DNA of 29,039 bases from a virus. Its lineage: Duplodnaviria; Caudoviricetes. This document shows positions 8,671 through 17,228 of the stretch, piece by piece. The notes under the pieces are model-generated. The model saw only the letters and a list, made by a program, of their open reading frames with translations, did no database searches and was not told the DNA's origin. Position numbers and translations under genes: made by a program. The stretch covers positions 1-29,039 of the IMG/VR virus record IMGVR_UViG_3300044580_000453; one strand, given 5' to 3'. How positions within the stretch are numbered: the first letter of the stretch is position 1; each line of letters opens with the position of its first letter.

Positions 8671-8862
8671 TTACAGATCTGTACTCTTCCCAGCGGTTTC
8701 ACGTGTAGAAATGCGACGGCCGCAGTGTCGACACCGGCGTACCCGGAGAATGAATCCATGCCGCTGACGGGTATAAACCACCGGCAAGTGTCCGCAACCG
8801 CATCTCGGACATTGCAATCCTTGCAATTCTTTCTCTTGTTTCTCATCTGTTACCGATGTCAT
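8671..8862 (-). CDS. Zinc-ribbon protein (Ogr/Delta- or NrdR-N-like), possible late regulator
   Basis: CPRCG...VVYTR...RVRRCRHCGRRISTRE. ATGA overlap with the terminase stop. Confidence 0.7.
   Translation of the reverse strand: MTSVTDEKQEKELQGLQCPRCGCGHLPVVYTRQRHGFILRVRRCRHCGRRISTRETAGKSTDL
8672..8683. promoter_or_regulatory. Perfect 12-bp palindrome TACAGATCTGTA upstream of the head genes
   Basis: The palindrome is seen directly, at the edge of an AT-richer spacer before the head operon. Its function is inferred. Confidence 0.35.
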
Positions 8863-11120
8863 CGTCTGGTCCTCTGCAGCTCAGACAGCCGGATACGCTC
8901 TCGCGGCACCGGCCGCGTGTCCGTGCCGAACAAGATGGCGCCCTGGATGGACGCCGCAACCGCACAGCCGACCAGGCAGTCCAGCCAGTGGTTATCCAGG
9001 CCATCGACACGCAGCTTCCACTCGTCCACCGTCCGGCCTCGGCCCTCCGTCTTCACGCGGTACTCAGCCGTCAGGTGCTCGGCCAGCAAGCGGTGTGCCT
9101 CGGGCTTCCTGCCGAACAGCGACAGCGCGCCCGGATCGCCCATCGGCACGGCCAGCCGGGCGTGGATGAACGACTTCCACCAGTTCGTGTCGTACACGAC
9201 GTGCCGCACGGCCCGCTTGCCGGTCACCACCGGGATGCGCCAGTTCAGGCCGACGCGATCGCCGCGTTTGCGCTTGTACTCGCTGAAGGGGATGCTCGAC
9301 GCCCCGACGTACCTGCCGTGGCTGGGCAGCAGCACGCTCGCGTACCTGCTTTGCCGGCAGAACTGGTAGACCACATCGGACGAGTTGCCCCAGTTGGCAT
9401 CGATCAGGCAGCGGTCGACCCGGACCATCGCGCCGTCGTCCCGGCGCCACTCGCGGCCCAAGGTCGCTTCCGTCAGCCGTTCGAGGCCGGCGTAGATCGC
9501 CCCCTCCAGTCCGACCCGAGGTGAGACGCTGCCCAGCGTCCGCTGGATGTCGCGGAGCGTGAAGTAGCCGGCCCGCTGGTCGGGCTCCGTGCCGTAGTCG
9601 ATGACATAACCCGAGAAGCTGTCCTCCCACGCGGCCACGAGCCAGAACAATGCCTTGGCCTGCACGTCGATAAACATCGTGAGGTGCGTGCAGCCCAACG
9701 GGACCTCGCCTCGCTTGTAGCCGTTGACCTTGGCGGCGATCTGGTCGGCGGTCAGCAGGTCGTCGTCGGGCAGGTCCTCGGGCAGCGGCTCGTTTTGGTA
9801 CTCGGCGAAGAACGCCGCCTCGCCCCGGTCGAGCTTCAGGTCCATCGCATGCTGGATAGCCGAGATTTCATCCGGGTGGTGCCGCTCGGGCCAAGCAACG
9901 ACGGCGCCTTCATCCATCTGGGCCCGATGCGTGCGATAGAACTCGGTCGCCTCGCCCATGCCGCGATCGGCCCGCATCCCCTCGCGCCAGATCTCGGTGT
10001 ACCGTGCCCACAGGGCCTCGTTCGTCGGCCAGGCGTAGACCATCTTCGTCCGTTCGCCTTGCCACTGCGGGTGCTTCTCGCGGTCGAGGATGCGATCGGC
10101 CATGTCGTCCGGACGCACGACAGTCAGCGTCATCAGCCCGGCGATCTTCTTACCGGGACCGGCCAGGCCGAGGATGGCGCCGGCCAGGATGCGTTCGCGC
10201 GTGGCGCACTGACTCGGGCTACGTGCCGATTCATCCGTCTGCGGGTCGTCGATCAGCACGAGCGACGGCCGGACACTCGATCCGTCCGCCCGCTTGTGCT
10301 TCATGCCGCGAATCCGACCGGTGATCCCTGCCACGCGGATGATGGCCCCGGACGCCGCGCTGCCGGGGATCGTGGGCAGCACGATCTCGCGGGCGGTCCA
10401 GCCGATGTGCGTCTGCTTGCCCTGGTAGAGCTGGCCGGCCGACCGCTGGTGGATGCCTTCGAGCCTGTGGATCGGGAAGACGACCTCGGGGAAGTCGGCG
10501 AGCAGTCGCTCGTTGTTCTCCAACTCGGCCTTGATCGAGTCGAGCATGTTGGCGGCGTGCTCCTCATCGGCGCCGATGAGGGCGACGAACTCGCGATGGC
10601 CGTAGACCATCGCCCACAGGCAGGCCGTCTCGCACAGGCTGGTCTTGCCCGATCCCCGGGGCATGGCCATCGCGAAAAGGCCGCCGGCAAGAACCGCCAG
10701 TTCGATCTTGGCGATGACCTTCAGGTGATCCGGGGACCACGGCAGGTGAAACGTTTGCGGGAAGTACTGCTCGCAGAAGAACCGGAAGTCCCTCGCGGCC
10801 TTGGCCTTTCGCGGGGGATCGGCCACAGGCGGCAGCTCGCCGATGTCGCGGCCGGCAAGCGACAGCTCGAGGTTTCGCTGCCGCGCCCGTTCCTTCAGGG
10901 CCTCGTAGCCGGTGGGACCATCGGGCTCCGGCCGCGGCGCGTGGCGCTCCTGGACGAGCCAGGCGACGTAGCGGATCAGATCGATGGTCCGGCCGTCGCC
11001 GATGCGAAGCCCCGCGCGGCTGCGGTGGCGCAGCAGCTGCCGTTCGCTGATCACCTCGCCCCAGGAGTTCAGCAGTTGGACCAGTTGCGCCGGTTTCAGA
11101 TGCCTCGGGTCAATCGCCAC
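8859..11120 (-). CDS. Terminase large subunit (GpA family) with N-terminal HTH-like extension
   Basis: Walker A MPRGSGKT, Walker B LVLIDD, and nuclease motifs MFIDVQ and NHWLDC. Lies upstream of gpW/portal. Confidence 0.9.
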   Translation of the reverse strand: MAIDPRHLKPAQLVQLLNSWGEVISERQLLRHRSRAGLRIGDGRTIDLIRYVAWLVQERHAPRPEPDGPTGYEALKERARQRNLELSLAGRDIGELPPVADPPRKAKAARDFRFFCEQYFPQTFHLPWSPDHLKVIAKIELAVLAGGLFAMAMPRGSGKTSLCETACLWAMVYGHREFVALIGADEEHAANMLDSIKAELENNERLLADFPEVVFPIHRLEGIHQRSAGQLYQGKQTHIGWTAREIVLPTIPGSAASGAIIRVAGITGRIRGMKHKRADGSSVRPSLVLIDDPQTDESARSPSQCATRERILAGAILGLAGPGKKIAGLMTLTVVRPDDMADRILDREKHPQWQGERTKMVYAWPTNEALWARYTEIWREGMRADRGMGEATEFYRTHRAQMDEGAVVAWPERHHPDEISAIQHAMDLKLDRGEAAFFAEYQNEPLPEDLPDDDLLTADQIAAKVNGYKRGEVPLGCTHLTMFIDVQAKALFWLVAAWEDSFSGYVIDYGTEPDQRAGYFTLRDIQRTLGSVSPRVGLEGAIYAGLERLTEATLGREWRRDDGAMVRVDRCLIDANWGNSSDVVYQFCRQSRYASVLLPSHGRYVGASSIPFSEYKRKRGDRVGLNWRIPVVTGKRAVRHVVYDTNWWKSFIHARLAVPMGDPGALSLFGRKPEAHRLLAEHLTAEYRVKTEGRGRTVDEWKLRVDGLDNHWLDCLVGCAVAASIQGAILFGTDTRPVPRERIRLSELQRTRR

Positions 11121-11316
11121 CGGCGGACATCTCCTTCACGAGCCATGCGGCATAGCGCACGAGGTTGATCGTCCCGTCCGCGTTCGTGGGCATCCCGGCC
11201 TCGATGTCGGCCTCGATCTGTTCCGGTGTCACCGAACGGCCACCTGCGGCCGACAAAAGGCGGGCGGCGTCCGCCACGGCGATCGCGGTCGGGTTCATGC
11301 GCGCGGGCTCGCCCAT
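11110..11316 (-). CDS. Putative terminase small subunit / small winged-HTH protein
   Basis: 68 aa overlapping the terminase start. GMPTNADGTINLVRYAAWL resembles a Nu1-type DNA-binding wing. Confidence 0.6.
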   Translation of the reverse strand: MGEPARMNPTAIAVADAARLLSAAGGRSVTPEQIEADIEAGMPTNADGTINLVRYAAWLVKEMSAGGD

Positions 11317-11475
11317 TCACGCCGCCTCCTGCCGACATGAAGTTCGGTCACACCGCATGTCGGTACCGGTGAGTACGGTGCAGCCGAATCTTCGAGAAAT
11401 CGCAGATTCTCCGGGGAATTGCCTTCCCTTTCGCGAAACATGAGGTAAGTCATGCACAACGAAAGGAGACGAACG

Positions 11476-11718
11476 ATGACGACGAACGCCAACAACAAGA
11501 CTGCCGCCGAGACGTATGCCACGCGACGCCACGAGGTCGCTCGGCTGATGGATGTCCTGGAGATGGAACTGAAGAAGTACGACGACCAGGCCGCCGCCAA
11601 GCCGAAGGACTGGGGCTTTGCGGGCACGATGGCCCACGTCCGCGAGTGCTTGATCGACCTGGTCGAGGGGCTCTCGGGGATCGAGCGCAGCGAGATCGAG
11701 AGGTTTCTGAGCGAGTGA
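11476..11718 (+). CDS. Hypothetical protein (80 aa)
   Basis: Strong GAAAGGAG RBS before ATG 11476, GC3-rich codons, WGFAGTMAHV motif. Confidence 0.75.
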   Translation: MTTNANNKTAAETYATRRHEVARLMDVLEMELKKYDDQAAAKPKDWGFAGTMAHVRECLIDLVEGLSGIERSEIERFLSE

Positions 11719-11737
11719 TCGCAGAAAGGAAACGACC

Positions 11738-11965
11738 ATGACCACGAAAGACATGAGCGATTTGCTGGAAGGCCTGTTCAACGAGATCGCCGGCTGTGAG
11801 GACGACGACGAGATGACGCCGGCCGAGTTGGACCCGGACGGGACGCTGTACGAATGCCAGGCCTCGTCCTTCCAGGACTGCGGGCTGCTGACGTCCAACG
11901 ACGGCGTGGTCCTGACGCTTCGCGACGGGACCGAGTTCCAGATCACGATCGTGCGATCGCGGTAG
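11738..11965 (+). CDS. Hypothetical acidic protein (75 aa)
   Basis: AAAGGA RBS. Ends SFQDCGLLTSNDGVVLTLRDGTEFQITIVRSR. Confidence 0.75.
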   Translation: MTTKDMSDLLEGLFNEIAGCEDDDEMTPAELDPDGTLYECQASSFQDCGLLTSNDGVVLTLRDGTEFQITIVRSR

Positions 11966-12021
11966 GGGATTGGAACGCCAGGGGCCCGGCCAGCCCGAAC
12001 ACGGCCAGAGGAGACAATGCC

Positions 12022-12576
12022 ATGAAGAAGGACCAGATTCAGATCGGCGGCCTGTACACGGCCAAGGTGAGCGATAAGGTTGTCACGGTGCGGATCGACA
12101 GCGTCAACAGCCACGGCGGCTGGAACGCGACGAACACCGCCACGGGCAAACGCATCCGCGTCAAGAGCGCCCAGCGCCTGCGGGCCGAGGCCAAGGGCGG
12201 CAAGAAGAAGGCCGCCGAGGCGCCCAAGCCCGACGTGACGCCCACCGTCGAGATCGTCACCGGCCAGCCGGTGCCGGAGCCCGCCAAGCGCGAGAAGAAG
12301 ATCCGCAAGACGGCCACCGACAAGCCCAAGCGGGTCAGCGCCCTGGACGCCGCCGCCGAGGTGCTCAAGGCGGAAGGCAAGCCGATGCGGGCCAAGGACC
12401 TGATCGACGCGATGGTCGCCCAGGGCCTGTGGTCCAGCCCCAACGGCAAGACGCCCGAGGCCACACTGTACGCCGCCATGATCCGAGAGATCCGCAAGGC
12501 GGTCGAGACGGGCACCGTCTCCCGGTTCCGCAAGATCGATCGCGGCCAGTTCGAGTACAACGAGCATTACGCCTGA
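12022..12576 (+). CDS. Basic protein with C-terminal HARE-HTH (HB1/ASXL/restriction endonuclease HTH)-like domain
   Basis: GAGGAG RBS before ATG 12022. SALDAAAEVL...GKPM...GLW..PNGKTPEATLYAAMIREI...RFRKIDRGQF matches the HARE-HTH pattern. Confidence 0.8.
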   Translation: MKKDQIQIGGLYTAKVSDKVVTVRIDSVNSHGGWNATNTATGKRIRVKSAQRLRAEAKGGKKKAAEAPKPDVTPTVEIVTGQPVPEPAKREKKIRKTATDKPKRVSALDAAAEVLKAEGKPMRAKDLIDAMVAQGLWSSPNGKTPEATLYAAMIREIRKAVETGTVSRFRKIDRGQFEYNEHYA

Positions 12577-13937
12577 TCGGTTACACATGACGCCTTCTCC
12601 TCCGACGCCTCGGCCTCGACCGGGGCGTTGCTTCGGCCTGAAATCCTCTCCGCCTTGCGTCCCGTAAACTTCTCCCACCTGACAACGATGACATCGCAGT
12701 ACAGCGGATCGAGTTCCATCAAGTACGCGCGCCGGCCCGTCTGCTCAGCAGCGATCAGCGTGCTGCCCGAGCCGCCGAACAGATCCAGTACGTTCTCGCC
12801 AGCCCGCGATGAGTACTGCATGGCCCGCACCGCCAGCTCGACGGGCTTCTCCGTCAAATGGATCATGCTCTGCGGGTTGACCTTCTTGACCGACCAGACG
12901 TCCACGGCGTTGTTCGGGCCGAGGAAGACATGGGCCGCGCCTTCCCGCCAGCCGTAGAAACACCACTCATGGTTGCCCATGAAGTCCTTACGAGTCAGGA
13001 CCGGATGCTCCTTCACCCAGATGATCGCCTGCGAGAAGTACAGCCCGCAGCGTTTGAGCACTGGCGGATAGTTGCCGCAGTTGGCATATCCGCCCCAGAT
13101 GTAGAAGGCCCGCCCCGGTTCCAGCACCCGAGCGATGTTCCCGAACCAGGCATCCAGCAGTCGATCGAATTCCTCGTCCGATACGAAGTCGTTGGCCAGC
13201 GGGCGATCCTTGGGCCGCAGCTTTTGATGAGTCGGCTTGGTCGCGTCGGGCCGACGTGCGAGGTCAAAGCCCTGGTGGTGCGTTACGCCCGCCTCGCCGA
13301 ACGAAGAGAGCCCGGCGGCGATCGCATTGTTGGATCGTGGCTCGACCCGGACGTTGTACGGCGGATCGGTGTTGACCAGGTGGATCGGCTGGCCGTCGAG
13401 CAACCGGTCCACGTCCTCGGCCCTCGACGAGTCGCCGCACATGAGACGGTGATCGCCGAGGATCCACAGGTCGCCAGGCTGTGTGACCGCCTCGTCCGGC
13501 GGCTCAGGTACCTCGTCCGGGTCGGTCAGGCCCTGCTTGATCCCTGGGTCCAACAACCGAGCCAGGTCGTCTTCATCGAACCCGAGCAGCGACCAATCGA
13601 TGCCGGCGCCCTGGAGCTCAGCCAACTCGATCGGCAACAGCTCCATGTTCCACTCGGCCAGCTCGGCCGTCTTATTATCCGCGACTCGATACGCCCGGAC
13701 CTGCTCAGGCGTCAGGTCCCTGACGACGTGGACCGGAACCTGGTCGAGCCCGAGCTTCTGGGCCGCCTTCCACCAGGTGTGGCCGCAGACGATAACGCCC
13801 TCGCTATCCACCACGATCGGTTGGCGAAACCCGAACTGACCGATGGATTCGGCGACGGCGTCCACCGCCGCGTCATTGATCCGCGGGTTCTGCTCGTAGG
13901 GTTTGATCTCGATCAGTGGTCGAAGAGTGATTTCCAT
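12567..13937 (-). CDS. ParB/Srx-domain + amino-DNA methyltransferase fusion (beta class, probably N6-adenine)
   Basis: N-terminus has PYEQNPRIN and FGFRQPIVVD. Catalytic TDPPY precedes HLTEKP and the SAM-binding DLFGGSGST. GGAGG RBS before ATG 13937. Confidence 0.92.
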   Translation of the reverse strand: MEITLRPLIEIKPYEQNPRINDAAVDAVAESIGQFGFRQPIVVDSEGVIVCGHTWWKAAQKLGLDQVPVHVVRDLTPEQVRAYRVADNKTAELAEWNMELLPIELAELQGAGIDWSLLGFDEDDLARLLDPGIKQGLTDPDEVPEPPDEAVTQPGDLWILGDHRLMCGDSSRAEDVDRLLDGQPIHLVNTDPPYNVRVEPRSNNAIAAGLSSFGEAGVTHHQGFDLARRPDATKPTHQKLRPKDRPLANDFVSDEEFDRLLDAWFGNIARVLEPGRAFYIWGGYANCGNYPPVLKRCGLYFSQAIIWVKEHPVLTRKDFMGNHEWCFYGWREGAAHVFLGPNNAVDVWSVKKVNPQSMIHLTEKPVELAVRAMQYSSRAGENVLDLFGGSGSTLIAAEQTGRRAYLMELDPLYCDVIVVRWEKFTGRKAERISGRSNAPVEAEASEEKASCVTDQA

Positions 13938-14170
13938 CGATGACCTCCATGTCAAAAAGCGCAACGTTTGCAACGACTGAAAACCCGTGAAAAACGGCCG
14001 TCAGGCCGCCAGAAACGCCCCACGTTGCGACGAGGCGTCCACAGGGTACGACATACCACCCAACCGCGCCGCGTCGCCCAGGGTGGCCAGGAACGCGTCC
14101 TGTGGCGTTTTTTGGGGCCGCCCGGCAAGTCGGACCGGCAAAACAAACTCTGTTGGGGTTGGGAGCTGTT

Positions 14171-14208
14171 CCCGCGGACCTCGGCGACGATTCGTCTGGG
14201 GAGGACCC
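14171..14208 (-). other. Candidate cos (packaging) site
   Basis: The minus strand reads GGGTCCT-N25-CGCGGG, resembling lambda cosQ (GGGTCCT) and the CGCGGG that follows cosN. It lies in non-coding DNA at the start of the packaging operon. Confidence 0.4.
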
Positions 14209-14238
14209 GTGCAGCGGATGTCATGGGTGCGACTCCAA

Positions 14239-14526
14239 CTAGCCATTGGTCATCTTGCCACCGGCTGGACGCGAGGACGTTTTGTTCTTACGCAGTGCCC
14301 TGCGGCACGGCTCGAACGCACCGCACCAGTTGACAGCCAGGACAAGGGGCCACTGCCCGTAGTCGTATTGGAGGTGTTCATACTCTCCGCGAAACCGTCC
14401 AACCTGCGGTGGATTCCGGCGGCATTCGCCTTTGAGGCATTCATCCCACTCGTCCTCCGTTAATTCGTCTGCCATCCGGTCACCGTTGGGAGCGAAGAAT
14501 CGGCAATTGAAACAGAGTGCGTCCAT
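14239..14526 (-). CDS. Small Cys-rich hypothetical phage protein
   Basis: CFNCRF...CRRNPP...WPLV...WCGAF pattern. AAAGGA upstream. Confidence 0.7.
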   Translation of the reverse strand: MDALCFNCRFFAPNGDRMADELTEDEWDECLKGECRRNPPQVGRFRGEYEHLQYDYGQWPLVLAVNWCGAFEPCRRALRKNKTSSRPAGGKMTNG

Positions 14527-14545
14527 GCATGCACCGTCCTTTCTG

Positions 14546-14764
14546 AAACTTTTCTACTTTTCACTCCCCCCCTCATATACACACGCGTATACGCGCGTAT
14601 AGGGCAGCGCGAGAGGGGTAGGGTGAAAAGTAGAATAATTAGAGAGAATTTTTATATTTCTTTTATTTTCCACCACTTATGGCCTCTTAACTTTTCACCC
14701 TGGGGTGGTAAAAAGTTACCGAATAGTTGCCAGCTGTTCGGCCCAGCTCGCCGTAACTTTTCAC
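14546..14764. other. Probable replication origin (AT-rich tract plus iteron-like repeats)
   Basis: Directly downstream of the primase gene. TAACTTTTCAC occurs at 14688 and 14754, with related copies in both orientations (~14552, ~14623, ~14708). Palindrome TATACGCGCGTATA and an AT-rich core at ~14630-14690. Confidence 0.55.
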
Positions 14765-17202
14765 TCTTCGACGGATCTCTTCACCCGCAACCGGTAGCTG
14801 ACGGCTTTTGGCCCAGGGCCAATACGCTGGTCGACTACTGGTTCCACGTCCCCACGCAGAATCAGCGTCTTCATGATTTCATCCATTTCCGTGCTCTTTC
14901 GTTTCATCCGCTTGAGGAGTTTGCTGTGGCTCAGCGTCAGGTCCGGCGCGGCACGGAGCTTATTGATGACCTTCAGGCAGTCAGCGTCGAATTCGTTGTC
15001 CGCAACATGACTCGCCACCATGAACAACATCCGCCTGATCTGATGGACGATGAACCGTCGGGCCCATTCGGCGGCGGCCTTGCCGATTTCCGGGTTCTCG
15101 TGGTTTTCGCTGATGGCATAGAGCAGGGCGAGCTTTCGGGCGTGCTCGCTGACGCGGCCCCAGACGGTCGTGCCCACCGGATCGCCGGCGGCCTCAGCCT
15201 TGGCGTATTCAGCCTCGGCCTCCAGCCGCGTTTCGATCAGGACATCGCGGGCCTGGTCCGTATGCGGGACGATCTTGGGGATGGGATGCCAGTGCTCCAG
15301 GTTGCCTTTGCCTGGTTGGAAGTCGGCCCACCATCGAGCCGTCTCCAGGACGCGAGCCGGCAGTGGCTCGATTCTGGGCTCCTGGCCCGGCGAGCGTTTG
15401 CCGCATTCGAGGATGACCATCCTGGCGAAGAATCCATTGGTCAGCATCCGCTCGGACAGGGCCTGGTAGTAATGGTTCGGGATGGCCGTCCCCAGAATGA
15501 CCAAGTTGGGTTGATCGATGACCCCTGGTGATTCCTTGCCTGCCTTGCGGCGCATGGGGAACACCGAGTTCGCCGACGAGTACATGGTCAGCAGCGTGCT
15601 CATGATGTTCTCGTGGCGGGCGTCCTTGGCCTTGTTGATCGACTGGAGAATGCCGTCGATCTCGTCGGTCTGGAACAGCATCGAGGGGCTTACAAAGAGC
15701 GCGTCCTGGATGCCCTCGCCGGAGGCGAATCGCTCACCCAGGCAGCCGGCCAGGCCAACCTCGTTGGCGATTTGCGTGTTGATCTTGCGCGGCCAGTCCT
15801 TGCCGGCGGACGAGTGCGCCAGGCCCAGCAGGTAGATGTTCGTGCGGTTGTCACCGGAATCCCGAACCTTGCGCCCGGCCAGGAACGCCTGCATCGCCAG
15901 GGCCCCACAGAAGGCCAGCACCTGGCTCGGATAAGGTGCCGTCTGGAGACAATGGTCCATGACCTCACTGATGAATCCGGGTATGCGAAGCAACTCGACC
16001 GGCGTCGGTCCAGGATCGGGCAACTGTTCAATGTCACGATCCTCGGAGCCCTCATCGACCGCGACTCTGGTCGTCGGCATGAAGCCCGACAGATCGACGT
16101 CGTTGCCCTCTTTGGGCGGCGGCTCGTAGCCGGGGTCCAACGCCCGTCGCAGATCGTGCCAGGTGTAGCCCTGGCCACGGTTGTGCTTGTTGCAGTACGA
16201 AAGCTTCCCGTCGTCGCCGACCAGGACCGTGATGTCGGAGTTGCCGGTCGAGACGATCTCCGGATTGATCGGGCAGCGCTCCAGCAACAAAAGCGTCTTG
16301 TCACCATTGCGGCGTTCACCCTTGACCGGAACGCCATGGGCTTCGAGCCAGGCCCGCACGCCGGACGGCGTACAGTCGAACCGTTCGTTCCAGTCGGCCA
16401 CGGGTGCCGCACTGGCGGCCCCTGACGCGTCCTTTGGGCCACCATCGACGTCAGCCACGGCCAGCAAGTATGCATCCGGAACGACCGCCAGGTCCTTGGG
16501 CACGGAGAGGAATTCGGACCGTCGATGAGGGCGGTCTTCCAGCCCCGGTACGCCGCACAGGTTGTCTCCCTTGCGAGCTACCGTCCCGATCACTTTGGTG
16601 ATCCTGGCGGCATTGTGGACGGCCCGGTCGATGGTCACTGCCTCGGTACTGAAGCGATCCGCCAGGACGGTCAGGACGCGATGCACCAGGCCGCCGTCAT
16701 CGGCCGGCAGGTCGATGCGGTACAGCAGGTGGTAGCCGTTGCCTGACATGGCGATGGTCGGGGCCGGCCAGCCGAGGGTTGTCAGATACTCGGTGATCGC
16801 CCTCGCAGCCTCATGGGCGTTGGCGAGTTCGATATCTGTGGCACTGACGCCGGCCGGACGGACGGGATCGATGTCGATCAGCAGCGTCTGACGGCGAACG
16901 ATGTCTTTGTCCTGCGTGGTTTCCCTCGCCCTCGGCTTGATCCGATTGGCCGACCGAGCCAGCAGCGAGGGGTCGACCGGGTTCAGGGTGACATAGATGC
17001 CCGGTGCCATGCCCGATCGATCCAGTTCCGCGATCTCGCGGGCGGCCTGGTCGAGGGAGTCAAACGTGAAGTAGCCCGAACAGGTAAACGCGAATCGGGT
17101 GTCCGACAGAAGGCGGCACCCGGGTGCCCGGACCTCGAACACGTCACCCGGTTTGAACAGCAGGACAAGGAACTGTCGCACTACTTGGGTTACGTTGCTC
17201 AA
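14761..17202 (-). CDS. Primase-polymerase (AEP-like) fused to a DUF3987-like ATPase/helicase domain
   Basis: N-terminal YVTLNP, LLIDIDP and SGNGYHLLY primase motifs. C-terminal LGLAHSSAGKD, SGEG, DEID and GFFAR motifs. Confidence 0.8.
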   Translation of the reverse strand: MSNVTQVVRQFLVLLFKPGDVFEVRAPGCRLLSDTRFAFTCSGYFTFDSLDQAAREIAELDRSGMAPGIYVTLNPVDPSLLARSANRIKPRARETTQDKDIVRRQTLLIDIDPVRPAGVSATDIELANAHEAARAITEYLTTLGWPAPTIAMSGNGYHLLYRIDLPADDGGLVHRVLTVLADRFSTEAVTIDRAVHNAARITKVIGTVARKGDNLCGVPGLEDRPHRRSEFLSVPKDLAVVPDAYLLAVADVDGGPKDASGAASAAPVADWNERFDCTPSGVRAWLEAHGVPVKGERRNGDKTLLLLERCPINPEIVSTGNSDITVLVGDDGKLSYCNKHNRGQGYTWHDLRRALDPGYEPPPKEGNDVDLSGFMPTTRVAVDEGSEDRDIEQLPDPGPTPVELLRIPGFISEVMDHCLQTAPYPSQVLAFCGALAMQAFLAGRKVRDSGDNRTNIYLLGLAHSSAGKDWPRKINTQIANEVGLAGCLGERFASGEGIQDALFVSPSMLFQTDEIDGILQSINKAKDARHENIMSTLLTMYSSANSVFPMRRKAGKESPGVIDQPNLVILGTAIPNHYYQALSERMLTNGFFARMVILECGKRSPGQEPRIEPLPARVLETARWWADFQPGKGNLEHWHPIPKIVPHTDQARDVLIETRLEAEAEYAKAEAAGDPVGTTVWGRVSEHARKLALLYAISENHENPEIGKAAAEWARRFIVHQIRRMLFMVASHVADNEFDADCLKVINKLRAAPDLTLSHSKLLKRMKRKSTEMDEIMKTLILRGDVEPVVDQRIGPGPKAVSYRLRVKRSVEE

Positions 17203-17228
17203 CCGAAATCACCTCCCTGCTGATGTCC

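Noticed and set aside
9684-11168. 494-aa plus-strand ORF
   Set aside because: Antisense shadow of the GC3-rich terminase gene.
11419-11450. Sigma-70 promoter for the plus-strand cassette (TTGCCT...)
   Set aside because: No convincing -10 hexamer at 16-18 bp spacing.
11317-12678. 453-aa minus-strand ORF
   Set aside because: Antisense to three plus-strand genes that have strong RBSs and protein-like sequence.
12567-13937. Restriction-modification system
   Set aside because: No cognate endonuclease is adjacent. Orphan ParB-methylases before terminase are common in phages.
12858-13943. 361-aa plus-strand ORF
   Set aside because: Antisense shadow of the methyltransferase.
13952-14246. Short ORFs between the methylase and the Cys-rich gene
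   Set aside because: Arg/Pro-rich, no clear RBS and mutually overlapping. The region is better explained as non-coding cos/promoter DNA.
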